From an uncultured Pseudomonadota bacterium (GTDB lineage: Bacteria > Myxococcota_A > Polyangia > Fen-1088): DNA of 64,000 nucleotides. The stretch lies in assembly GCA_963847705.1 (NCBI GenBank), contig CAWKBC010000027.1, forward strand, positions 320,001 to 384,000. The letters run 5' to 3'. A program made the translations under genes and the position numbers. Each line of letters starts with the position of its first letter. Positions within the stretch are counted from its first letter, which is position 1. Shown piece after piece: positions 1 through 9,523 of this stretch. The notes under the pieces are model-generated. The model searched no databases. It was not told where the DNA came from and was given only the letters and a program-made list of their open reading frames with translations.

Positions 1-94
1 CTGCATACGTGCTTGCATGATCTTCTTCTCCTTGTCACATCGGACTCTGTCGGTCCGTCACCCCGATGACGGCGAGAGAGAAGGGAATGTGACG

Positions 95-1060
95 ATGACC
101 GAAAAAGAATCCAAGAGAGGGCCGGAAGAGCGATTGGAAAAGGGCCTGGCCGACCGATTCGAAGCCCATCGGGACCACCTGCGGCGGGTGGCCCACCGGA
201 TGCTCGGCGCCGCCGGCGAGGCGGACGACGCGGTTCAGGAGGCCTGGCTGCGGCTCAGCCGGTCCGACGGCGGGGCGGTCGACAACCTCGGCGGCTGGCT
301 GACCACCGTGGTGGCGCGCGTCTGCCTGGACATGTTGCGCGCCCGCAAGTCCCGGCGCGAGGAGCCCACTGACCGCCACCTGGCCGACCTCGTCGCGCGC
401 ACCGGCGGAGAGACCGGCCAGGCCGAGGCCCAGGCGGCGCCGGGGCCCGAGCGCGAGCTGCTGCTGGCCGATTCGATCGGCGTCGCCTTGCTGGTGGTGC
501 TGGAGACGCTGGCGCCGGCCGAGCGAGTGGCGTTCGTCCTGCACGACATGTTCGATCTCTCGTTCGACGACATCGCGCCGATCGTCGGGCGCTCGACGGT
601 GGCGACCCGGCAGCTGGCGAGCCGCGCGCGCCGCCGCGTGCAGCTGGGGCGGGCCGCCTCCGATGCCGAGGTGAGGCACCAGCAGGCGCTGGTCGGCGCC
701 TTCTTGGCGGCCGCGCGCGCCGGGGACTTTCAGGCGCTGCTGGCGGTGCTCGATCCGGACGTCGTGCTGCACGCCGACGGCGTGGCCGTCGCGGCGGCGG
801 CGGCGAATCAGTCGAGGGGTGCGCCGCCGTTCGCGCCCGAAGTGCGCGGCGGGGCGGCGGTCGCCGAGACCTTCCGGGGTCGCGCGCGGGGCGCGCAGCC
901 GGCGCTGGTCGAGGGCCTCCCGGGGGCGGTCTGGGCGCCGGGCGGGCAGGTGAGGGCCGTGTTCGGCTTCGTCATCGACGAGGAGAAGATCGTCGAGATC
1001 GCGGTCACCGCCAATCCGGCGCGCATCGCCGAGCTGGACGTGCGCATCGCCGGTGAATAG
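95..1060 (+). CDS. ECF sigma-70 factor, SigJ/ECF41-like with C-terminal SnoaL-like domain
   Basis: Region 2 (AHRMLG..ADDAVQEAWLRL, WLTTVVARVCLDMLR) and region 4 (LAPAERVAFVLHDMFDLSFDDIA..RQLASRARRRV), followed by GDFQALLAVLDPDVVLHADG and a terminal NP, typical of ECF41. Start placed at ATG 95 after a purine-rich RBS. Confidence 0.9.
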   Translation: MTEKESKRGPEERLEKGLADRFEAHRDHLRRVAHRMLGAAGEADDAVQEAWLRLSRSDGGAVDNLGGWLTTVVARVCLDMLRARKSRREEPTDRHLADLVARTGGETGQAEAQAAPGPERELLLADSIGVALLVVLETLAPAERVAFVLHDMFDLSFDDIAPIVGRSTVATRQLASRARRRVQLGRAASDAEVRHQQALVGAFLAAARAGDFQALLAVLDPDVVLHADGVAVAAAAANQSRGAPPFAPEVRGGAAVAETFRGRARGAQPALVEGLPGAVWAPGGQVRAVFGFVIDEEKIVEIAVTANPARIAELDVRIAGE

Positions 1061-2671
1061 CCGAGGCCATCCTCTTTGCGTTTGAACACGCGCACGCCCT
1101 CGATCTCGGCCTCGAGGCGGTAGTCCGACGAGAGCAGCTGGGCCAGCGCCGGGTAGTGCTCGGGCGGAAACGGGTAGTCGTAGCGCCCGGGCGAGGTGTC
1201 GAGGATGTAGGCGGGGCGGGCGCGCGCCAGAATCGGCGAGCAGCATCGGCCAGGCCTCGGGCACCAGGTGGCCGCGGGTGGTGGCGCCGCCTTGCGCGCG
1301 CGCGCCCGACAGGAGATGCGTGTAGACGAAGCGTGAGGCCGGGCAGCGATCGGCGTCGACGTAGAGCGCGGGGAACCACCCCCAGACGAAGACCTGATCG
1401 TCAGGCTGCGTTCTGGCGCGGACGTAGGCAGAGGCCTCTCGGTAGTCCGGGTTCAGCGTGAGCCAGCTGTCGGTCGCGCCCCGGAACAGCCAGGCGGCGA
1501 CCAGGAACCCGGACGCCATGGTGGTCACCAGGGCCGCCAGCCGGCGCCGCTCTACGGTCGACGCGGCCGTCAGCCAGGCAACCCCACCGACGCCGGCCAG
1601 CACCGAGAGCGGAGGGACGGTGAGGAGAAAGTAGTGCCCGTACATCCGCCCTCCGATGAGGGCGGCCCCGGTCATCGCGGCCAGCCAGAGCCAGACGACC
1701 AGGGCGTCGCCCCGCCACCGGACGCGGCGGCCGAGAAAAAGGAGGGGCGACATCGCCAGCGCAAAGGGGAGAAAACACTTGAACAGCCTCGCCACGAATC
1801 CCCCGGAGGCTGCGGCGGCGGGCATGTAGTGGCGGAAGATGTACGTCCAGGACCAGAACAGCGCGTCGCGCAGGATTCCCTGGCGCCAGAAGAAAACGGC
1901 GACGGTGCCGGTGACGCCCACCACGCCGAGGCCGACAAGAACGAGATCGACGACGGCGCGCCGAAGCTCCCGTCGCCGCAACCCGCGAATCAACCGGTCC
2001 GCCGCCAGCGCCAGCAGCAAGAGGCCAGCCACCTGCTTGAACAGCAACGCGCAGGCGGCCAGCCCGCCTGTCGCCAAAAGGGCGCTCGGTCGCCCGCGCC
2101 CCCGCAGATGGACGAGCACCGCCAGCGACCCCGGCAACACCGAGAAGAGCTCGGTGTTCGCCGCCAACAGCTTGGGCTCGTACGTCGTGGAGAACACGGC
2201 GTAGAGGAGGGCGGCCAGCCACCGCGCGCGCCGCGCCGCCACCGCGTCGGCGCCGCGCCGGCGGGCCAGGGTTGCCGCGATGGCCCCGGCGGCGAGCGCC
2301 GTCGCGAAGGCGGCCACCGCCGCGACGGCGTGCACCGCCCGCATCTGGTAGCGACCGAACAGCCCGAAGACGGCGGTGTAGAGGTAGAAGATCGCCGGGA
2401 ACTTGTTCTCCACGCCGTCGCGGTAGGGGAGCCCGCCGGTCAACATCCGGCAGGCGATCGCCGCGTACGAGCCTTCGTCGATGTCCATGATCGGGTAGAC
2501 GAAGCTCGGCGCGCGCAGCAGGGCGGTCACGACCGCCACCGCCAGCAGACCTCCGAGGTGGCTCTTCCAATCCACCTTCTCCACTTTCTCCGCCGCGCTC
2601 GCCGCGCTCGCCGCGCTCGCTGCGATGGGAGCGGGCCCGGAACCGTTCGGTCCCGCTTCGGTGGATGCCAC
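808..2671 (-). CDS. GT-C fold membrane glycosyltransferase (ArnT/PMT, GT39/GT83-like), with a frameshift at ~1232; 3' end uncertain
   Basis: DIDEGSY..GGLPYRDGVENKFP, ANTELF, LFKQ, YGHYF motifs and many TM segments. Removing one base at GAATC (1230-1234) restores LADLARARPAYILDTSPG..YRLEAEIEGVRVFKR. The restored frame overlaps the convergent sigma gene. Confidence 0.7.
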
Positions 2672-2952
2672 CCGAAAGACCTAAGGTCGCGATCGTGACG
2701 CGTCCACGATCTCGATCGACCAGGCGCGAAGACACACGGGCGTTCGTGGAACGCAGTTGTCCGAGCCCAGACGGTCTTCGCGCGCCCGTTCGGCGCGCGG
2801 GGCGGACGTCGTAGGCGGAACTCCTACAGTGCTCACATCGACGGTTTCTGTCGCCGCTCCTCCGGTGACTTCGGTCATGCCAGCGACGGGTTTTCGCCAA
2901 AAATGTCTCCGCGGGTGATCGCGATCCGGGAACCCGGGAATCTCCGATCACG

Positions 2953-4461
2953 ATGCTGTCTTACGATCGTCCTCGGAGATTGAATTGCCTCGTCGCTTCC
3001 TGTTTTGCGGCGATGAGCCTGGCGGCCTGCTCCGGCAGCGGGTCGGCCGGCGGCGACGGCGGGAGCGGAGGGACCTCGACAGGTAGCGGTGGGGCGACAG
3101 GGGGAAATGCGAGCGGCGGATCCGCTCCGGGCCAGGGCGGAAGCCTGGGCCAAGGTGGATCGACCGGCGCGGCAACGGGTGGATCAGTCGGCGCAGGCGG
3201 ATCGGGCGGGACGACCGGCGCGGCGGGGAAGGGTGGCGCCGTCGGCAGCGGCGGCGCAGGCGTCGGCGGCAAGGGTGCCGGCGGGACGACCGGTTCGGCA
3301 GGAAAAGCCGGCGGCACCGGAGGCGCGGGGGCAGCCGCGGGACGTGGTGGCGGCACCGGCGGCAGCGTCAGCACCCCGCCCGACGCCGGTCCGCTCCCTG
3401 ACGGCGGCGCTTCGGCTGCCACCACGACGATCCCCGGAAACGGTTGCACGCCGCCGGCGCAGTACGCCGATCTCTTCGTCAGCCTTTTGGGGGAGACGCA
3501 GGCGCAGAGCCAGGCCAAGGTCACCGCCGCCTGGTCGCAGCTCTTCAACCCGTCGAACGCGAACACCATCTTTTACAACGGGCCGGGCACGGGCGAGGCG
3601 TACGTCGAGGACGTCGCGGACAACGCCGTGCGCAGCGAAGGCCAGTCGTACGGGATGATGATCGCTCTTCAGCTCAATCATCAGACGGAGTTCGACGAGC
3701 TGTGGACGTTCGTCAAGAACCACATGTGGAAGAGCGGCAACACCATCGCCTGGCAGACCAGCACCAGCGGCTCCGTCACGGGGTCGGGGGGGGCCCCCGA
3801 CGGCGACGAGTGGTTCGCGGCCGCGCTCGTCTTTGCGCACTATCGCTGGGGCGATACCTCCGGCAAGTACGACTACGGCAGCGAGGCCCAGAAGACGCTC
3901 GACCTGGTCCGGACCACCGACTTCAGCCCGACCCAGTACCTGGTCCGTTACTTCACCGGCACCGACGGGAACGGCACCGACGCCTCGTACATGCTGCCAG
4001 CCTTCTATCAAACGTGGGCCTGCTTCGACACCGCCAACGCCGACTTCTGGAACAAGGTGCTGACCACGACGCGCGCCTGGTTGCAGACCGCGGCCGGTTC
4101 GACCGGCAACATCGGCGACCAGTCTTCGTTCGCCGGTCAGACCACGAACTCCAGCGGCGACGACAAGCTGCGCACGGTCGCGAACTTCATGAGCGACTAC
4201 AATTTCTTCGACGCCGATCCCTTCGAGGCGACCTACGCCAGCGAGTACGCCACCTGGGTCAGCTCCAACAACAACGGCTCGACGGCCATGCTCGCCTGCA
4301 ATGCGCTGCTGGGCTTCGGCCTACCGGCATCGACCGGGAAGGCCTGGGTTCAAAAGCTCTGGTCGGCGGCCATCCCGACGGGGACCTACCGCTACTACGA
4401 CGGGGCGCTCTACACGATCGCGCTCCTGCACGTCAGCGGCACGTTCCATCTCTGGTACTGA
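2953..4461 (+). CDS. GH8 glycoside hydrolase (xylanase/oligoxylanase-like) lipoprotein with Gly/Thr linker
   Basis: Lipobox LAAC, ~110 aa Gly-rich linker, then GH8 motifs VRSEGQSYGMMIA, APDGDEWFAAAL, TDASY, YRYYDGALY. Confidence 0.88.
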   Translation: MLSYDRPRRLNCLVASCFAAMSLAACSGSGSAGGDGGSGGTSTGSGGATGGNASGGSAPGQGGSLGQGGSTGAATGGSVGAGGSGGTTGAAGKGGAVGSGGAGVGGKGAGGTTGSAGKAGGTGGAGAAAGRGGGTGGSVSTPPDAGPLPDGGASAATTTIPGNGCTPPAQYADLFVSLLGETQAQSQAKVTAAWSQLFNPSNANTIFYNGPGTGEAYVEDVADNAVRSEGQSYGMMIALQLNHQTEFDELWTFVKNHMWKSGNTIAWQTSTSGSVTGSGGAPDGDEWFAAALVFAHYRWGDTSGKYDYGSEAQKTLDLVRTTDFSPTQYLVRYFTGTDGNGTDASYMLPAFYQTWACFDTANADFWNKVLTTTRAWLQTAAGSTGNIGDQSSFAGQTTNSSGDDKLRTVANFMSDYNFFDADPFEATYASEYATWVSSNNNGSTAMLACNALLGFGLPASTGKAWVQKLWSAAIPTGTYRYYDGALYTIALLHVSGTFHLWY

Positions 4462-4585
4462 CCGCGGACCATCGGTTCGTCTCTCGCGGCGCGCGCCGCT
4501 GGCGATCGGCGCGCGCGACAGCGTCAGGGGCGGCCGCCGCGAGAACCACGGCGTCGGCTGGCCGCCATCGTCGGGCGACGCCCTC

Positions 4586-5764
4586 CTAGCCGGGATCGGA
4601 GAGCCCGGACGCCTGCGTGAGACCGGCCGGACAGGCGATCTGCTGGTAGACGAAGTCGGGGTTGTTCGAGGCGCCGAACCAGTTCAGGAACCAGGTGCAG
4701 CCCGCCATGAGCTCGGGCTTGCTGCTGAACGCGGCCTGGCACTTGGTCTGGACGCAGCTCGCATCGCCGTTGCACTCGCTCAGCCAGCCGCCGTACTGGG
4801 TGCCGAGGTCGACCCCCGAGCCCCACTGCGTCGAGCAGGCGTTGAGGGCGCCCACGCCGCCGCCTGGGATCAACAGATCGAACTGCGTGGCCTGAACGCC
4901 TCCGTTGTTGATGACCTGCACGATCATCGTCTTGCCGCTCACGCCTGGCGTCCCCTTCTTGTCGCCGTTCGTGTTGTTGGTGCCGGTGAACTGAAGTTGA
5001 TAGCAACGGCCGCAAGCGTAGTTGCTTCCCGAGGCGGCCGCGTAGCCGTACGACAACGTGTTGTCGAGCGACCAGGGAACGCCGCTCCAGCACATGTAGG
5101 CGGTTCCACCACCCTGACAGGCGTTGACCGCGTCGTAGTTGCTGCCGAGGCTGTTGTCGCTCATGTCGCAGCTCATCATCGGATTGCCGCGGGTGACATT
5201 TCCCTTCCAGCCGCAGGCCGGCTTGCAGCAGTCCCAGTAACGCGAGGCCCAGCCGCTCATCCCGCCGGTGATCGGATTCGGGTGCATGACGGTGGTTCCG
5301 CCGGTGCCGTTGGTGCCGCCGGTGCCGTTGGTGCCGCCGGTGCCGTTCCCGCCGGTGCCGTTCCCGCCGGTGCCGTTCGTGCCGCCGGTCGCGCCGCCTT
5401 TGCCCGCGCTGCCGGCTGCTCCGCCGGTGCCCGTCGTGCCCGCGTGCCCGCCGGCACCGCCCTTGCCGGCGCTGCCGCTCCCGGCCGCTCCGCCGGTGCC
5501 GTTGGTGCCGCCGGTGCCGTTGCCACCGCCGGTGCCGTTCGTTCCGCCGGTGGCTCTCACGCCGCCGGTGCCGTTCGTCCCGCCGGTGCCGTTGACGCCG
5601 CCGGTGCCGTTCCCACCGCCCGTGCCGTTCACGCCGCCCGTGGCGGTCGCACCTCCCGAGCCTGGCGTCCCGTCACCGCTCTGCGGTGCCTGACAGGCAG
5701 CGATCGATAGAGAAAGAGCACAACCCAAGCAGGCGAGAACTGACCTGTACGACATCGACATCAC
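4586..5764 (-). CDS. GH45 endoglucanase lipoprotein with GGTNGT-repeat linker
   Basis: Lipobox IAAC. GH45 signature SRYWDCCKPACGW, CGRCYQLQFT, FDLLIPGGGVG, GCTWF..WF..NNP. Confidence 0.9.
   Translation of the reverse strand: MMSMSYRSVLACLGCALSLSIAACQAPQSGDGTPGSGGATATGGVNGTGGGNGTGGVNGTGGTNGTGGVRATGGTNGTGGGNGTGGTNGTGGAAGSGSAGKGGAGGHAGTTGTGGAAGSAGKGGATGGTNGTGGNGTGGNGTGGTNGTGGTNGTGGTTVMHPNPITGGMSGWASRYWDCCKPACGWKGNVTRGNPMMSCDMSDNSLGSNYDAVNACQGGGTAYMCWSGVPWSLDNTLSYGYAAASGSNYACGRCYQLQFTGTNNTNGDKKGTPGVSGKTMIVQVINNGGVQATQFDLLIPGGGVGALNACSTQWGSGVDLGTQYGGWLSECNGDASCVQTKCQAAFSSKPELMAGCTWFLNWFGASNNPDFVYQQIACPAGLTQASGLSDPG
5295..5645 (-). repeat. Coding tandem repeat, 15-18 bp units (GGTNGT/GGNGT) in the GH45 linker
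   Basis: Repeated ccgccggtgccgtt units on the + strand. Confidence 0.85.
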
Positions 5765-5951
5765 CTATTCGAAAGGGGGGGAGGCGACGGAAGGGGGCTC
5801 AAGCTATCACGCTCGGTGCTTCCCTGAGATCAACTCGAGGCGATGGTGTTGCGCCCGGCTAGGATAATTCCTGATATTCCAGGCGCCGAGGCCGTCCCGC
5901 CCCCACCGTCCGGCGCTAACCGTTCGTGACGATTCCACGTAGAGTTGCCGC

Positions 5952-7205
5952 GTGCACAGCAGCGAGGCTCTGACCGCCGACACGGGGGGAGCCGAAGTCC
6001 GGCTCGGGCGACGGGGCCCGTTGATCTTGCTTTCGGTCGCCGCCGGGCTCGGCGTCGCGAACCTGTATTACGCGCAGCCCCTCGCCGCCATGATGGCGAA
6101 CGCGCTCGGCGTCTCGGCGGGCCAGATCGGGATGAGCCTGATGGCCTGTCAGCTCGGCTATGCGCTGGGGATGCTGCTCCTGGTGCCGCTCGGCGACGGT
6201 CGCGAGCGCCGCAGGTTGATGGTCCAGACGACGCTGGCGACGAGCGTCTCCGCGCTGCTGGTCGCGTTCTCCTCCCGCTATGCGGTGCTCGTGGTGGCGA
6301 GCGCGGTGCTCGGATTCAGCTCCTGTTTGCCCCAGATGGCGATCCCCTTCGCCGTTGGCCTGGTGAACCGCGAAGAACGTGGCGCCGCCATCGGCACGGT
6401 CATGACCGGCCTCTTGACGGGGATCTTGCTGTCGCGCACCGCCAGCGGGCTGCTCGCGGCGGCGATCGGCTGGCGGGCCACGTTCGTGGGGGCGGCGCTC
6501 TTGATGGCCATCCTGGCGCTGGTGTTGCGGCTGTCGCTTCCGGCGCAGCGGCCGCCCGAGCCGCTGGCCTGGCGCGCGGTCGTCGTCTCCCTGCCCGCCG
6601 TCCTGCGCGCCGAGCCGCTCCTGCGGAGACACGCGCTGCTCGGCGCGCTCGGCTTCGCCGGCTTCAGCATGTTCTGGGCGACCCTTTCGTTCCAGCTGGC
6701 CGTGCTGGGGGAGGGGCCGCGAACGGCGGGGCTGTTCGGCGCGCTGGGGCTGGCCGGGATCGCGGTCGCCCCGCTCGTCGGACGCCACGCCGAGAGGCTC
6801 GGCACGAGGCGGGTCAACGCAGCGGCGCTGAGCATGCTGGCGGCGTCCTTCGTCGTTGCCTTCCTGGCCGCCCGCTCGCTGCCCGGCCTGGCGCTCTCCG
6901 CCATCCTCCTCGACGCTGGAATGCAGTCGAACCACCTGACGAATCAGACGGTCATCTTCGGCTTGACGCCTGCGCTCCGGAACCGGATCAACGCCGTCTA
7001 CATGGTGGTGTTCTTCGTCGGTGGGGCGGTGGGGACGTCGGTCGGGGCCCTGGCCTGGGAGGTGGCGCGCTGGAAGGGGGTCTGTTTCGCCGGGGGCTGC
7101 TTCTCGCTCGCCGGGCTGCTGCCGCTGCTCGGACCGAGGCACGTCGCGACGGTCCCGGCGACGGCACCGTCGCTGTCGCCGCCTGACGACGGGCCGCCTT
7201 CATGA
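5952..7205 (+). CDS. MFS transporter
   Basis: ANLYYAQPL, LVPLGDGRERRRL, GLLTGILLSRTASG motifs and ~12 hydrophobic segments. Confidence 0.9.
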   Translation: MHSSEALTADTGGAEVRLGRRGPLILLSVAAGLGVANLYYAQPLAAMMANALGVSAGQIGMSLMACQLGYALGMLLLVPLGDGRERRRLMVQTTLATSVSALLVAFSSRYAVLVVASAVLGFSSCLPQMAIPFAVGLVNREERGAAIGTVMTGLLTGILLSRTASGLLAAAIGWRATFVGAALLMAILALVLRLSLPAQRPPEPLAWRAVVVSLPAVLRAEPLLRRHALLGALGFAGFSMFWATLSFQLAVLGEGPRTAGLFGALGLAGIAVAPLVGRHAERLGTRRVNAAALSMLAASFVVAFLAARSLPGLALSAILLDAGMQSNHLTNQTVIFGLTPALRNRINAVYMVVFFVGGAVGTSVGALAWEVARWKGVCFAGGCFSLAGLLPLLGPRHVATVPATAPSLSPPDDGPPS

Positions 7206-7483
7206 ACAGGCCCCTCCACAAGAGCGTCTTTCACGTCTGGTGGGATCACGTCGACGGTTCGACGGGCAAGCTGGTGCGCAGCGACAAGGAGTTTCCGCGC
7301 AAGGAGGAAGCGGCGTCCTTCATTCGCAAGACGCCCCATCTCGTCAATCAGGGCGCCGCCGGCTGCTATCAGCTGACCGAGTCGCGCGAGGTGGCCAAAG
7401 ACGGCAAGGCCACGCTCACCTCGATTCGCCAGGACATCTGGACGCTCCAGGAGATCGCTTCGATGTCGCGAAGACCGGCGTGA
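7202..7483 (+). CDS. Hypothetical protein (93 aa), ATGA-coupled to the MFS gene
   Basis: 4-bp ATGA overlap, GC3-biased codons, globular-looking sequence. Confidence 0.6.
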   Translation: MNRPLHKSVFHVWWDHVDGSTGKLVRSDKEFPRKEEAASFIRKTPHLVNQGAAGCYQLTESREVAKDGKATLTSIRQDIWTLQEIASMSRRPA

Positions 7484-7524
7484 GCTCCGGACTGAAGCTC
7501 CGGACTGAAGCGACGGGCTTGTGA

Positions 7525-8358
7525 TCAGCGTGAGCTGCTGAGCGTCCGTCGGATCGCGGCCCGTGCCTCGGTCTTGTGCCAACCGCGGGGAGCGAGCTCC
7601 AGATAGCGCTGGTAGGCCGTCCGCGCCTCGTCGTCCCGGCCGTTCTTGGCGTCGGCGCGCGCGATGATGACATAGGCCTCGGCCGCGGTCGGGTCGAGCG
7701 CGAGCGCGCGCCTCGCCCACTGGGCGGCCTCGTCGAGGCGCCCGTGCGCGTGCTCGGCCTGGGCGACCGCCAGCGCAAGGGAGGCGTTCTTCGGATCCGC
7801 CGCGAACGCCTGCGCGCACACCTCGGGCGACCGTCGCCAGAGCCCTCTGCGCCGGGACGTGTCGCACCCTTCGGCGGGGACGCCGCTGTCGCTCACCTTC
7901 GCTGGCGCGGCAACCGGCGCCGCCGCGGCCGGAGCGGCCGGCTCGGCGATGGGCGGCTCGGCGGCGATCACGGGCCGCGCCGGCGGGACAGCGACGGTCG
8001 GCTGCGCGGCGACGGTCGGCGGGACAGCGATCGCCGGCTGGGCGGCGTGCGCCGTCGCGGCCGGCGCCGCTGCTTCCGGCGCGAGCGGCGAGGTCCGCAG
8101 CGCGTTCGCGGCCTGCGCGCGGGACTGCCGCCAGCGCGCCAGGCGTGGCGCGGAGGCGACGGCGCCCAGCGCGGCCGCTCCCAAGAGGAGAGCCACCCCG
8201 AGCCGTGTCTCGATCGTCTGCCGACGCGCGCGCTTTTGCGCGCTCTCCTGGGCGACCCGGACCGCCGCCAGTGACGCACGCGCCTCCTGGGACAGCGCGA
8301 GTTTGAGCGACACGATCGCGACGCCGCGATTCTCCCCGGTCTCCGGCTGTTCGAGCAT
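7525..8358 (-). CDS. Membrane-anchored TPR protein with Ala/Pro-rich linker
   Basis: TM segment LGVALLLGAAALGAVA, Ala/Pro linker, TPR-like ARRALALDPTAAEAYVIIA..ARTAYQRYLELAPRG. Confidence 0.75.
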   Translation of the reverse strand: MLEQPETGENRGVAIVSLKLALSQEARASLAAVRVAQESAQKRARRQTIETRLGVALLLGAAALGAVASAPRLARWRQSRAQAANALRTSPLAPEAAAPAATAHAAQPAIAVPPTVAAQPTVAVPPARPVIAAEPPIAEPAAPAAAAPVAAPAKVSDSGVPAEGCDTSRRRGLWRRSPEVCAQAFAADPKNASLALAVAQAEHAHGRLDEAAQWARRALALDPTAAEAYVIIARADAKNGRDDEARTAYQRYLELAPRGWHKTEARAAIRRTLSSSR

Positions 8359-8443
8359 CAGCCGATTGAGCCACCGTTCGTCCGATGCCGCAAAAAATCG
8401 ACCCGTCGTGCAGCGCCAGCTCAGCCGGTGGTCCGGGGGCAGC

Positions 8444-9523
8444 TCAGTGGGCGGCGAGCATCGCCGCGCGCGTATCCCGGGTGGCGACGAGCGCCTGGTG
8501 CAACGACCACTGGCCGCGCGCGCGGACCAGGTTGTGCTCGCCGCGGCCCGGGAAGCGGGAGGCGTTCCAGCCGAAGTACGACTCGGCCAGCGCGTCGGCG
8601 GCGAAGCGGGCGGCCAGCTCCAGGCTCACCCACTCGACGCCGAGCACCAGGGCCCGGCGCTCGTCGGCGCCGAGCGCGCGCCCGAGGCCGGCGCGGTAAC
8701 CGTCGAGCGAGGCAGACATGATCTGGAGATCGAGCGCGGCGTTCACGTCGTCCTCGCCGGCGCGGTTGCACCACGAACGCCAGGCGTCGCCCAGCTCGTA
8801 CGCCAGCGGCAGCGGACCGACGGTGTCGAGGTCGATGAGCGCGACCGCGCGCGCGTCGTCGGGCGGTCGCGTCCCCGCGAAGAGGATGTTGTTGAACTTG
8901 AGATCGCCGTGGCAGACGCGCGGCGGCAGCGCCGGGAGCGGGGGGAGGGCGCCCGCGCCGGCGCTGATCGCCTGCGCCAGCGGCCGGACCTCGCCGGCCA
9001 GACGATGCCCGGCGTGGCCGGCGACCGCCTCGTCCAGCCGCGCCAGGTGGCGGGGCGTGTCGTGGACGCCGACGCGCAGGCCGGTGAACGCGTGGTCGAG
9101 ATCCTCGACGGCGGCGTGGAAGCGGCCGACCAGCGCGCCGGCTGCGCCCGCTTGCGCGGCGCCGCCCACCACGTCGTACGCGACGCCGTCGATGTGCGTC
9201 TGCAACCGCCAGACGGTCCCGCCCGGCGCGATGAGATACGGCCGCCCGTCGCGCGCCGGCAGGAGGCGCGGCGTCACCAGCCCGGCGGCCGCCAGCCGCT
9301 CGGTGACCGCCACGATGTTGCCGTGAATCGCCGGCGAGAAGATCGGGCTCACCGCCTGCAGCACGGCCCGCGCGCCGTCCTCGCGCGACAGGAGATAACT
9401 GCGGTTGATGAGGCCGGCCCCGATGCGCGTGGCCAGCGCGCCCTGCCAGCCCGCGTAGCCGGGCAGGACGTCGGTGGCGATCTCCACGGCGTCGTTCGCT
9501 GCAGCTTGGTCCGTCATCGTCAT
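8444..9523 (-). CDS. Aminoglycoside/sugar phosphotransferase family kinase (APH/NahK-like)
   Basis: GAGLINRSY, HDTPRHL, CHGDLKFNNILF, LIDLDT, ELGDAWRSWCN. ATGA-coupled to the upstream hydrolase. Confidence 0.85.
   Translation of the reverse strand: MTMTDQAAANDAVEIATDVLPGYAGWQGALATRIGAGLINRSYLLSREDGARAVLQAVSPIFSPAIHGNIVAVTERLAAAGLVTPRLLPARDGRPYLIAPGGTVWRLQTHIDGVAYDVVGGAAQAGAAGALVGRFHAAVEDLDHAFTGLRVGVHDTPRHLARLDEAVAGHAGHRLAGEVRPLAQAISAGAGALPPLPALPPRVCHGDLKFNNILFAGTRPPDDARAVALIDLDTVGPLPLAYELGDAWRSWCNRAGEDDVNAALDLQIMSASLDGYRAGLGRALGADERRALVLGVEWVSLELAARFAADALAESYFGWNASRFPGRGEHNLVRARGQWSLHQALVATRDTRAAMLAAH

Noticed and set aside
35-1230. Long C-terminal extension of the 878-aa minus-strand ORF
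   Set aside because: After the frameshift at ~1232 the sequence is the antisense shadow of the sigma gene.
7484-7512. Short tandem duplication agctccggactga x2
   Set aside because: Only two copies between convergent genes; no evidence of function or of a mobile element.
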